A DNA stretch of 64,000 bases from Macrostomum lignano (taxonomy: Eukaryota), in contig NIVC01000162.1 of NCBI GenBank assembly GCA_002269645.1, forward strand, positions 248,001 through 312,000, given 5' to 3'. The notes beneath the pieces were generated by a model. The model was not told where the DNA came from, did not search any database, and was given only the letters and a program-made list of their open reading frames with translations. How positions within the stretch are numbered: position 1 is the stretch's first letter; each line of letters begins with the position of its first letter. Of this stretch, positions 12,507 to 24,637 are shown one piece after another. Made by a program: the position numbers and the translations under genes.

Positions 12507-15500
12507 CTATAACTTGAAATGGGATGATTTAAGTCCAATAAAAGCTTTGATTTGAAGCCTGTTGTGTCAAGGTTCAGTTGTGCACTTTAGAAGTATTTGT
12601 TGTTGCTGCAATAGAGCAATATTGCTTGCTGGCTTGCATGCAAAAAACAAATAATTTATCAAAATTAAAAAAATATAATATTATCTAATCTAATATAATC
12701 TAGTTATGGTTATTGTAAAAAGCCTGAAGTGACTAATAGAAGAAATTAAACTTAAGTTAGAGGTAAATGTGAAAAATAATTAGCTATGTCTTTTAAAAAG
12801 GACCAAAAAAGATAAAATTAGAAAACAAAAAAGAATTAGAGCACTGTCTATCTAGGTTTTTTGAGCAGTGTGTGTAATATATATTATGCAGCCTAAGTTT
12901 TGAAATTACACCCTAAAATTGAAAAAGTGGGTGTGGTTTAGTTTAGGTGTGGTCTCATTACCTATTTTTCCTTTTAAGCCTTATTTGCACTGCCTTAACA
13001 TAAGAAAAAAGAGAAATTGTACTTTGAGCCTAAAGTTGCACCTTGAAATTAGGCATAGAGTGCAATTTTGTACCTTGTCTTGGGAAAAAAACCAGCTGTC
13101 TATAAATTTGTTTTCCATATAATAGCTTGATATAACTTTAAGCTATTACCCCATATTGTCATTGTGTCAACTTGCTTGACCTTTTTTTATAGATTATAGA
13201 TATATATAATTTAAATAATTACTCATGTTATTTTTACAATACCAAAATCTAAAAATCCTTAATAATTTATAATATTAATTAATCGAATAACTAATAACTA
13301 AAGTTACTACTAATAACTAATATTATTTATATTTGTATAGGCATAATTATAATATTAGCCTAATAGAATATTGATATTTATAAAATTTGCTTATTAAAGT
13401 ATTTTTAAAATGTCTAGGCCTAGTTAACAAATAATGTCAATACAAAAAATAATAGAAAGACTAGGGCCTAGGTTTAAAATTAGGCTTTGCGATAATCAGA
13501 TATACTAAAAATGAAAATTAACATAATTAAGATTAAACAAGTAAAAAATCTCCTAAAATAAAAATAACTAAGTAGAAATACTAGGCCCTACATTGGTTAC
13601 AGTTGGAAATCTAGACATTTTTGAACAGAGGGTGCAGACTACTACTAGGCCTAAAGTGCATGTTTATACATATCATGTCATGTCATGTATATGTTTATAT
13701 ACCTGATAATGTGTATTTTCCATAAAAAATATAAATAATCTAACTTTACAAGGGGTTGTGCACCCCCTCTAAATCTGCTACTGATTGGTTAAAAAACCTT
13801 TAAGCTATACTTTATTTAAGAAATATGTAGGAAATAAATGGAGGAAAATGAAAGGAAATAAAGGGAAATTGGAAATACTGTTTAGATTAGGCTACTAGGG
13901 TGTCGGGCAAGGGGTTAGTAAGGAAGCGCCTTAACCCTTGAGGTTTATGAACTAGCGATTTAGGATTATTTTAGCCTTATTATATTTATATATGGATAGT
14001 TATAATTTTTAACTGCAATATAATAGCTATAGCCCATAGGACTGAAAAGGTTAGGCAAGCTAAGCTTGGACAACAGTAGGCTAAAATAAAATACCTGCTG
14101 CTGTGTATATATAATTAAAAAAAGAAACAAGTGACATGTCGCAAGTCCAAAAGTGCTCGTCTGTTAGAGAATGAACACGTTTCATAGGGCCTAGTTTATA
14201 CATAAGGTGTTTTTAAAGCGTGCAGACCACATGACGATGCATGCAACCAATCACAGAATGAAAGAAATGTCATTGGCCAAAGCTTGTAAGAATTTTTGTC
14301 GGTTTGTCGACGAAACATTTCATTAGAGAGTCTCAAGCGTAATGTATAAACATTTTTGCGTTTTGTTATTTTACGTGATATATTGAATCTAAAATTCCAG
14401 GCATTTTCTGCACTCCTAGAGAACTTCAGTTCCCCGTAGTCATAAGAAGAATTTCTAGACTAAATGTAGATGGACACTAAACTAGGAAATAAAGAAAATA
14501 GTGCATCCAAAATTGTTAAATCCAGATCAGAGTTCCAAGAATGTAACTAACTTTTTTATAATTTTCTGCAAAGATAGGAATCTGGCTAGTTAGAGTCCAA
14601 TTATTTTTATCGCTTTATTGATAGTTTATTCGTTTTTAAAAATAGGACTAAGCTTTTCACTCAAGGTTTACATGTACTCAAGGACCACTGAATTCACTTC
14701 GTTAAACTTCTTCTTGTATCCTTGCATGTACATTGCACATAAAATGCACGCTTGTGAATTCGATGCATTAGCCTACATGTACAAACTTCATGGTACAGAA
14801 TTAATTAGTTTTGAATTATTATAAAAGCTTGTTGGCAAACACTAATCTTCCTTTGCCATGTCAGTTGACCTCACTTGGGATTTTAAAGGCTGATCTACTA
14901 GCTGAAGAAAAAATATGATTACATTATTTTATTTTATGAAAAAGCTACTGAAAATATTATATTTTAAAAGAAGAAAGAATTGCAAGTGAAGCAAACTATA
15001 GAAGTGTGTAACAATACTGCTAGTGGTCATTGACATGTACATGATATAATACTTAATTGTATGAGATTTATAACAATCAGTCCTTGATTTACATCATGTA
15101 CTGTTGGTCTCCCTTGGGTGAATAATCGACAAGTCCTATATCACAGGCCAATCCTAACTGTACCATTAAAGTGTATATTAAATAAAAAATTTAACAACTG
15201 CAGTTACTGTCTGCCTTTCCGCCAGCTGCACCCAAGGTCTTCTGGACTATATATAGTCTAGTAGAAAGTCCTTGACTGCACCCTGCAGGCGGCCCGCCTA
15301 TTAATTATTTGGAACCCTCTGCAAGCCTGCTAGGGCTCGTCCAGTTAACGGCAACTCACAGCCACTTGCGTAAAACATGTATTTATACAATTGCGCTCTT
15401 TCTGCGTACATGTAATTACACCCTACTATATTGTTTCTCTGCACTGCACATCTTCAATACGTACATGTGTATGCACTCTACCGCTGCTGCATGCACATCT

Positions 15501-15636
15501 ACAATATGTACTCTACCGCTGCATATCTACAATACATGTACAGTATGTACTCTAAAGCTGCACGATCTGTTGCATCCATGACCGACTAGCACAGTGTCGT
15601 GGACGTGTACATACTCTGTATGAAGACGGGAGCACG

Positions 15637-16555
15637 AGAATTGCCCGCAGGAGAATTGCCCGCAGGAGGTTTGCCCGCAGGAGATTTGCCCGCAGGAGGT
15701 TTGCCCGCAGGAGGTTTGCCCGCAGGAGGTTTGCCCGCAGGAGGTTTGCCCGCAGGAGGTTTGCCCGCAGGAGAATTGCCCGCAGGAGGTTTGCCCGCAG
15801 GAGGTTTGCCCGCAGGAGGTTTGCCCGCAGGAGGTTTGCCCGCAGGAGAATTGCCCGCAGGAGATTTGCCCGCAGGAGGTTTGCCCGCAGGAGATTTGCC
15901 CGCAGGAGATTTGCCCGCAGGAGGTTTGCCCGCAGGAGATTTGCCCGCAGGAGGTTTGCCCGCAGGAGATTTGCCCGCAGGAGAATTTCCCAGGAGTTTT
16001 GCCCGCAGGAGAATTGCCCGCAGGAGAATTGCCCGCAGGAGAATTTCCCAGGAGTTTTGCCCGCAGGAGAATTGCCCGCAGGAGAATTGCCCGCAGGAGA
16101 ATTTCCCAGGAGTTTTGCCCGCAGGAGAATTGCCCGCAGGAGAATTGCCCGCAGGAGAATTGCCCGCAGGAGAATTTCCCAGGAGTTTTGCCCGCAGGAG
16201 AATTGCCCGCAGGAGAATTGCCCGCAGGAGAATTTCCCAGGAGTTTTGCCCGCAGGAGAATTGCCCGCAGGAGAATTGCCCGCAGGAGAATTGCCCGCAG
16301 GAGAATTGCCCGCAGGAGAATTGCCCGCAGGAGATTTGCCCGCAGGAGAATTGCCCGCAGGAGAATTGCCCGCAGGAGAATTGCCCGCAGGAGGTTTTCC
16401 CGCAGGAGAATTGCCCGCAGGAGGTTTGCCCGCAGGAGAATTTCCCGCAGGAGAATTGCCCGCAGGAGGTTTGCCCGCAGGAGAATTTCCCGCAAGAGAA
16501 TTGCCCGCAGGAGAATTGCCCGCAGGAGAATTGCCCGCAGGAGATTTGCCCGCAG
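15637..16555. repeat. 15-bp minisatellite TTGCCCGCAGGAG(AA/GT/AT) with interspersed TTTCCCAGGAGTT variants
   Basis: Tandem copies; source of the spurious 350-394 aa ORFs. Confidence 0.95.
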
Positions 16556-17083
16556 TGCATTTTGGCCGTGAGCGAATTGCCCATCGAGTTTTCCCCGCCG
16601 AACTTTTCCTGCCGAACTTTGCTCGCAATGCTTTTTCTTGCAGAACATTTAGCCACGTTGCAGGGGTCCATGAGAATTGCCCGCCGAGCTTTACCCGCCA
16701 AGTTTTGCCCGCAATGCTTTTTTCCTAACACCGCATTTAGCCACACGGCAGATTTTGTCTGCATTGCCTTTAGTAAGTCTTAATAAAGAGATTTACCCGA
16801 TCAAAACATCTTGATAGTAACTGCATATCAAATTCATTTTTTTGTAATATTCAGTTTTTCATGTATATACGAGAACATGCAGGGGTACATCGGTGAGCTA
16901 TTAATTCATGCCGTGTCGCTTTGTTCCCCAAATCTCTTTATTAAAACTTACGCGGACGAAGCATTGGGGGAGGGGGCTGATTGCATTTGATTGGGGCAGT
17001 GAAGATTACCATTTTTTAATTTAGTATGTTTTACGCTCCAACATTAATGTTATACGAGGGGCGAGCTTCGTATAGCTGTGAAA

Positions 17084-18070
17084 AGGGAATACAGAATCCC
17101 GAGTTTTGCCTATCCCGGGATTCTCGGGATCGGGATATCCCGGACTTTAAAAGTTTCTAATCTTTGTTGGTAGAATTTTGATTAAGAAGCCATATCTCAG
17201 CTACATGTAAATATGATTTTAAAGGGCTTTTCAATAATATGAAAATAATAATGACAGAATAGAATATTTTACAAACAAGAAACTGACAGTGAGCTCTGAA
17301 TCCGAGTGTGATGTAGGGGCTGACGTAATGTGCTGTAACATCACTTGGTTGTGATGTAACCTGGGGAATGATAGCTTACAGAGCTATATAGATAAAGCTT
17401 CCCTCGGCTAGATAAAGCTTCCCTCGGCTAGATAAAGCTTCCCTCGGCTAGATAAAGCTTCCCTCGGCTAGATAAAGCTTCCCTCGGCTAGATAAAGCTT
17501 CCCTCGGCTAGATAAAGCTTCCCTTGGCTAGATAAAGCTTCCCTCGGCTAGATAAAGCTTCCCTCGGCTAGAAAAAGCTTCCCTCGGCTAGATAAAGCTT
17601 CCCTTGGCTAGATAAAGCTTCCCTCGGCTAGATAAAGCTTCCCTCGGCTAGATAAAGCTAGCTCGAGGTACTGATACCAGGGTAGAAGAAGATCAGACCT
17701 CCTCCAGGGGCACCCGCCCTGAATGGAGAATTGCAGGGTAGCTTGGGTTGTGGTCCGATAGCAAGGTCTCATTGTTCTTATCCCAACTACGGCCAAGGAG
17801 TTTTGAAGGTAGAAACTGCTTAAAGTACATGTAGTTCTGCCACCACCCCATGATGGGCATCTAAAGGGTTCTGATTTTCACCTGACAAGTATCTCAGCCG
17901 CAAAGCTCAGAATGAGTAACTAGTAATTGAATTATTGCAAAGCGGGATCGGGATCCGATGGTAAATCCCGGGATTTTCGAATCCCGGACAATAAGTACTG
18001 ATCTCGGGATTCAGAATCCCGGGATTTAGGCCTAATCCCAGGATCCCGGGATCACGGGACTGTATTCCCT
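17084..18070. mobile_element. Non-autonomous hAT-type DNA transposon (MITE), ~990 bp
   Basis: Perfect 11-bp TIR AGGGAATACAG / CTGTATTCCCT; many subterminal ATCCCGGGA motifs at both ends; flanks CTGTGAAA and CTGTAAAG match 6/8, consistent with a decayed 8-bp TSD. Confidence 0.75.
17389..17660. repeat. 20-bp minisatellite TAGATAAAGCTTCCCTCGGC inside the MITE
   Basis: About 13 tandem copies. Confidence 0.95.
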
Positions 18071-18768
18071 ACTGTAAAGTGAAGGGTTCATTTTAATATT
18101 TACATATTATTAGTTATAATTATTATTAGTGGCCTAAGTGTACCTTTTGTGACCAATTTACAGCTTGAAACATTAAACATGCCATAATAAAATTATTCAA
18201 CAATATCTGCTACACTCTACTATCAGTAACTGAATACGTATAGTTTCTCACGAAGGTTGAGCACAACAATTAAAATAAAGTTTAGCACACACGCAATCAA
18301 TTAAGCCCCTCGGGCTCTGAAAATATCCCACGCTAATGGATATTCCCGAGCCGCAGTATAGAGTATATAGAGTGCTGACAAATCTACCAAATAAAACCCA
18401 ACAGTCTGCAGCTTTCCAAGTGTTTGCATAGAAAAAACCAAATAAAAGGCCATCGCTGCACAATAATGCGCTTTCTACTGCAAATAAGCGTGGACAGCTT
18501 CTCATTTTACACTTGAGCTAGTCAGAATTTCGTGAAAAATTTGGTGTTGATTTAGATGTTTTTTAGTATTGCCTGTCTGCTGTGATAGTGAGTCTGGCAG
18601 CTTTCAGTAGCCATGCAATTTTAAGAGTACGCTGTTGGACGCATTGTACGCTGTTGGCTAAGGTCCAGTGTCCTTAGCCAGTCTAGTGTGTAGGAGGCTT
18701 AAGTTGTTGGCCTACACACACATGGGGCTCACTTTCGCGTCGCGGGCGATAGTTCAGGCTCCGCGACA

Positions 18769-19175
18769 TTTGACTGCCAAGCAGTTTGACTGCCAAGCAG
18801 TTTGACTGCCAAGCAGTTTGACTGCCAAGCAGTTTGACTGCCAAGCAGTTTGACTGCCAAGCAATTTGACTGCCCCAATTTGACTGCCAAGCAGTTTGAT
18901 TGCCCCAATTTGACTGCCCCAATTTGACTGCCAAGCAGTTTGACTGCCCCAATTTGACTGCCCCAATTCGACTGCCCCAATTTGACTGCCCCAATTTGAC
19001 TACCCCAATTTGACTGCCCCAATTTGACTGCCCCAATTTGACTGCCCCAATTTGACTGCCCCAATTTGACTGCCCCAATTTGACTGCCCCAATTTGACTG
19101 CCCCAATTTGACTGCCCAGCAATTTGACTGCTCTAGTTTGACTGTCAAAGCAGTTTGACTGCCCCAATTTGACTG
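18769..19175. repeat. 15/16-bp minisatellite TTTGACTGCCAAGCAG changing to TTTGACTGCCCCAA, followed by an AACCCT-rich tail to ~19260
   Basis: Tandem copies visible. Confidence 0.9.
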
Positions 19176-19384
19176 CAAACAATAACCCTAAGCTTAACGC
19201 TAACCTAAACCTTAACCATCACCTATAACCCTATCCTTAACACTATCCTTAATCCTGACCAAAACCATACCATAAATCCACTGACGCCATGAATCATGCA
19301 TATGTCAGCTCTACTTGAAGTATTCGTTCGATAAGGATAAAATAAATGTAGCCACGATCAACTACTACCACAAACCGCTAATTC

Positions 19385-19948
19385 AAGTGCAGATAAGAGG
19401 TTACACGTACACATGTACATATCGAAGCGCAATTTCTAATTCAACAGAAAAGTGCAGATAAGAGGTTACACGTACACATGTACATATCATAGCGCAATTT
19501 CTAACTCAACAGAAAAGTGCAGATAAGAGGTTACACGTACACATGTACATATCATAGCGCAATTTCTAACTCAACAGAAAAGTGCAGATAAGAGGTTACA
19601 CGTACACATGTACATATCATAGCGCAATTTCTAATTCAACAGAAAAGTGCAGATAAGAGGTTACACGTACACATGTACATATCATAGCGCAATTTCTAAT
19701 TCAACAGAAAAGTGCAGATAAGAGGTTACACGTACACATGTACATATCGAAGCGCAATTTCTAACTCAACAGAAAAGTGCAGATAAGAGGTTACACGTAC
19801 ACATGTACATATCATAGCGCAATTTCTAATTCAACAGAAAAGTGCAGATAAGAGGTTACACGTACACATGTACATATCGAAGCGCAATTTCTAATTCAAC
19901 AGAAAAGTGCAGATAAGAGGTTACACGTACACATGTACATATCGAAGC
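19385..19948. repeat. 65-bp tandem repeat, ~8.7 copies
   Basis: AAGTGCAGATAAG recurs at 19385, 19450, 19515. Confidence 0.95.
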
Positions 19949-20308
19949 GCGCACACTAGCGTATTTACCTGAAAAGTAGAATTATTCATTTAGCAGCCCT
20001 AGTCATTAAAAAATTAGCCATAAACATTAGAACTGCATCAGTCTGGGTCTCGGAACCGACTTTATAAGCTGTATTAGCTACCAAAAAACAAGTGCAATAC
20101 ATGTACCTTAATAGATGCTTTCTAACGGATTAAGTATTAAGAATTTCTAAAAAAATTACTAAGATTAAGAAAAAAAATAAGTTTTCTGCAGCGCAGCACA
20201 GCTTTTTCTTCTCTATGAGCATTTAAAGTCAAGGAGGCTCAAGGAGGATTGATATTCATACAGCTTTTCCTTTAGAAAAGTAGGATTCTTTGCTAATTTT
20301 ATATCCTC

Positions 20309-20460
20309 CGTACATGTCCTGGGCGTAAAAATCATAAAAATGTCACATTCTTAGCTAAATGTAACAAATGTGTAACAGAATGATAAAATAGATTGATAAA
20401 AACCAATGATCTCGATGCAGTGCAATGCAATTTATAATTTTTAGGCACAGGACATGTACG
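20309..20460. mobile_element. Small MITE-like element (152 bp) with 24-bp TIRs
   Basis: CGTACATGTCCTGGGCGTAAAAAT versus reverse complement of right end CGTACATGTCCTGTGCCTAAAAAT (2 mismatches). Confidence 0.6.
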
Positions 20461-20842
20461 TTGTAGGCTATAAAATTAACAAAAAATCTTAATTTTCTGA
20501 GCGAAAAGCTTTATGAATATCAATAGAGCTATAAGAGAGGCAAGCACGTGTAATATCAAAAGATGAACAATAACTTCGTGTACCAAAGCCATATAAAGCC
20601 TTTTGTGTTGAAAAAATGAAAACCTCCTATCTCGATCCGTAATGTACTCGTAATTTTTTTGAAAAAAAACTTGCCTACTAAAATTTTCCAAGAAACGTAG
20701 CCCTAATTGAGTAGTCCTTGTAACTTATATGTTCATACGATAGATAAAAATATCAATTGATTTTAGTCTCATCTGGCTCCTTATAGTTTAAACTTTTCCG
20801 CCCATCGCACATGCATTTCAATATCTGGCGCCTGCCCGTCGG

Positions 20843-23800
20843 TCAGGGCGCCAGCCGCTCGTAGGTCCATCCGGCGCCATCCGCCTGCCGACGGAACTGC
20901 AGCCGGTCGTGCAGGCGGTCCCGCTGACCCTGCCAGAACTCAAAGCGGTCAGGCCGGAGCCGGTAGCCGCCCCACTGTTCCGGCCGGTCGATGCATTCGG
21001 CACCCTCGGCGGTGACACGCTCCGACAGGCTGCGCCGCGCCGATTCCAGCTCTTGGCGCGAGGCAATGACGCTGCTCTGCGAGCTGATCGCGGCGCCGAT
21101 TTGGCTGTCCAACGGGCGCGATTTGAAGTAGGCGTCGCTGCGCTGAGAGTCCACCTTGGCAACGTCACCCTCGATGGTAACCATGCGGTGCACCTCCGGC
21201 CAGTACATGCACACGGTGGCCCGCGGTTGTCTGCCTGTGTGTTGAAGGGATGGCATTTGATTTGCGTGGAAATTGGCGTAACTCAGGCCACACAGCCAGC
21301 ACCGGGGCGCCAGCACCAGGGGCTTTAGCACCAGGGGCTTTAGCACCAGGGGCTTTAGCACCAGGGGCTTTAGCACCAGGGGCTTTAGCACCAGGGGCTT
21401 TAGCACCAGGGGCTTTAGCACCAGGGGCTTTAGCACCAGGGGCTTTAGCACCAGGGGCTTTAGCACCAGGGGCTTTAGCACCAGGGGCTTTAGCACCAGG
21501 GGCTTTAGCACCAGGGGCTTTAGCACCAGGGGCTTTAGCACCAGGGGCTTTAGCACCAGGGGCTTTAGCACCAGGGGCTTTAGCACCAGGGGCTTTAGCA
21601 CCAGGGGCTTTAGCACCAGGGGCTTTAGCACCAGGGGCTTTAGCACCAGGGGCTTTAGCACCAGGGGCTTTAGCACCAGGGGCTTTAGCACCAGGGGCTT
21701 TAGCACCAGGGGCTTTAGCACCAGGGGCTTTAGCACCAGGGGCTTTAGCACCAGGGGCTTTAGCACCAGGGGCTTTAGCACCAGGGGCTTTAGCACCAGG
21801 GGCTTTAGCACCAGGGGCTTTAGCACCAGGGGCTTTAGCACCAGGGGCTTTAGCACCAGGGGCTTTAGCACCAGGGGCTTTAGCACCAGGGGCTTTAGCA
21901 CCAGGGGCTTTAGCACCAGGGGCTTTAGCACCAGGGGCTTTAGCACCAGGGGCTTTAGCACCAGGGGCTTTAGCACCAGGGGCTTTAGCACCAGGGGCTT
22001 TAGCACCAGGGGCTTTAGCACCAGGGGCTTTAGCACCAGGGGCTTTAGCACCAGGGGCTTTAGCACCAGGGGCTTTAGCACCAGGGGCTTTAGCACCAGG
22101 GGCTTTAGCACCAGGGGCTTTAGCACCAGGGGCTTTAGCACCAGGGGCTTTAGCACCAGGGGCTTTAGCACCAGGGGCTTTAGCACCAGGGGCTTTAGCA
22201 CCAGGGGCTTTAGCACCAGGGGCTTTAGCACCAGGGGCTTTAGCACCAGGGGCTTTAGCACCAGGGGCTTTAGCACCAGGGGCTTTAGCACCAGGGGCTT
22301 TAGCACCAGGGGCTTTAGCACCAGGGGCTTTAGCACCAGGGGCTTTAGCACCAGGGGCTTTAGCACCAGGGGCTTTAGCACCAGGGGCTTTAGCACCAGG
22401 GGCTTTAGCACCAGGGGCTTTAGCACCAGGGGCTTTAGCACCAGGGGCTTTAGCACCAGGGGCTTTAGCACCAGGGGCTTTAGCACCAGGGGCTTTAGCA
22501 CCAGGGGCTTTAGCACCAGGGGCTTTAGCACCAGGGGCTTTAGCACCAGGGGCTTTAGCACCAGGGGCTTTAGCACCAGGGGCTTTAGCACCAGGGGCTT
22601 TAGCACCAGGGGCTTTAGCACCAGGGGCTTTAGCACCAGGGGCTTTAGCACCAGGGGCTTTAGCACCAGGGGCTTTAGCACCAGGGGCTTTAGCACCAGG
22701 GGCTTTAGCACCAGGGGCTTTAGCACCAGGGGCTTTAGCACCAGGGGCTTTAGCACCAGGGGCTTTAGCACCAGGGGCTTTAGCACCAGGGGCTTTAGCA
22801 CCAGGGGCTTTAGCACCAGGGGCTTTAGCACCAGGGGCTTTAGCACCAGGGGCTTTAGCACCAGGGGCTTTAGCACCAGGGGCTTTAGCACCAGGGGCTT
22901 TAGCACCAGGGGCTTTAGCACCAGGGGCTTTAGCACCAGGGGCTTTAGCACCAGGGGCTTTAGCACCAGGGGCTTTAGCACCAGGGGCTTTAGCACCAGG
23001 GGCTTTAGCACCAGGGGCTTTAGCACCAGGGGCTTTAGCACCAGGGGCTTTAGCACCAGGGGCTTTAGCACCAGGGGCTTTAGCACCAGGGGCTTTAGCA
23101 CCAGGGGCTTTAGCACCAGGGGCTTTAGCACCAGGGGCTTTAGCACCAGGGGCTTTAGCACCAGGGGCTTTAGCACCAGGGGCTTTAGCACCAGGGGCTT
23201 TAGCACCAGGGGCTTTAGCACCAGGGGCTTTAGCACCAGGGGCTTTAGCACCAGGGGCTTTAGCACCAGGGGCGCCAGCACCAGGGGCGCCAGCACCAGG
23301 GGCTTTAGCACCAGGGGCGCCAGCACCAGGGGCGCCAGCACCAGTGGCGCCAGCACCAGGGGCGCCAGCACCAGGGGCGCCAGAACCAGGGGCGCCACTG
23401 ACTTTAAACTACTGGCTAGTTTTTCGTGTACTATTCTTCAATAATTACTTAATTACTTTTTATGGTGCTATTTATTCTGATGTAATACAAGTAAGGGTAA
23501 TTTTCTGTACTACATGTATATTCATATACTTTTTGCACTTACCAGCTCCTTGCCTTTCCTACTATTGTAGTTGGTATAAAAATAAAATCCAGTTTCGTCG
23601 TGTCCTTTTAAAAGCAGATAGCGCAGCGATGGCCTTCCGTCTCTAGAGAAAAGAAAAATGTCAGCCAAAGTCAGAGGTATGTGCATGTAGGTATAGTCTT
23701 ATAGATGTTAGATGTTAGAAAAAATCTAATTTTAAAACATACCTAGTGGCTGTAGCTAATGCCATTTGATTTGGCTCGTTTGGGCTGCCCATTTCGCTAA

Positions 23801-23909
23801 TAACTTGCGAAGCCTGATCAAACCAAGCCTTCCACAGTTCAAACGGACTCTGCGACTCCAGTTTGGAGGAATCCAAAACTTGGTGTTTTTCTAGGTACGG
23901 TCGCCTCAT
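20843..23909 (-). CDS. PNPO: Pyridoxine/pyridoxamine 5'-phosphate oxidase; exons 23909-23743, 23642-23543, 21234-20843 (apparent -1 frameshift ~21225)
   Basis: Motifs [10 protein letters not shown]|[30 protein letters not shown]|..[34 protein letters not shown]; canonical splice sites. Confidence 0.95.
21298..23398. repeat. 15-bp minisatellite GCACCAGGGGCTTTA, ~140 copies, in PNPO intron 2
   Basis: 60-bp lines 21361-23220 are identical; GGCGCCA variants only at the edges. Confidence 0.97.
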
Positions 23910-24637
23910 CTCTGTTTGAAATGGTGCAGTTATTTTATTAGTGATTGGGGCCTAATTCTAAATATTACCGCGTAAAATACGCAAAAAATGAAATGGCTCA
24001 AGTTGCATGCTGTTTCAATCAATCAAAAAACTGATTCTTTATCTGTTTCGAAGTCATATTGCAATAATTACTTAAAAAATTCAACTCTTACTTTCTAGAG
24101 CCACTCGATCCGATCCCGAATTACCGCCGTAGTCCATAGCTACAGATTTTTATGTTAACGAGGTACCACAAAGAGTTGCTCTGATAATTTAATTATTCGA
24201 ATAAAGAGGGTTCGGTGCATTCATAAATTTCCACGGTAATAGAAATTTTCGGCGTAAGTATTTAATTTTACAAGTCACATGTATGAGAAAGAGTTTTTAC
24301 CTCCAAAAAGAATTAAAATATAGTTAAGTGTAAATATAAATCATATTCTAAAGTAAAATCATCTGTACACTTCGTTTAAATGTTATGTAGCACGCCACGT
24401 CGTGAGCCGAAAATTTAAATGTTACATTTTATACGAATTCAATTTTGTACAAAGTTCTGCTACATATTTATCGTTAATAGTGGTAATTTCCGACTGGTTG
24501 CTACTTGCTTACCTTAACTTTTTTAATTCAAACGCTTGACAAATTGCTGGTATTCTGTGCGCACGTAGCTTTAATTCTATCATTTCGATAACTTGTGATA
24601 GCGTTTGCCGTTCGTCGAAAATTAAGGCTGCTTGGAA

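Noticed and set aside
15527-16783. Several 190-394 aa ORFs
   Set aside because: All frames are open because of the 15-bp unit; no unique coding sequence
21250-23646. 798-aa (PGALA)n and 851-aa (KPLVL)n ORFs
   Set aside because: Stop-free reading of a 15-bp array inside PNPO intron 2; real exons splice around it
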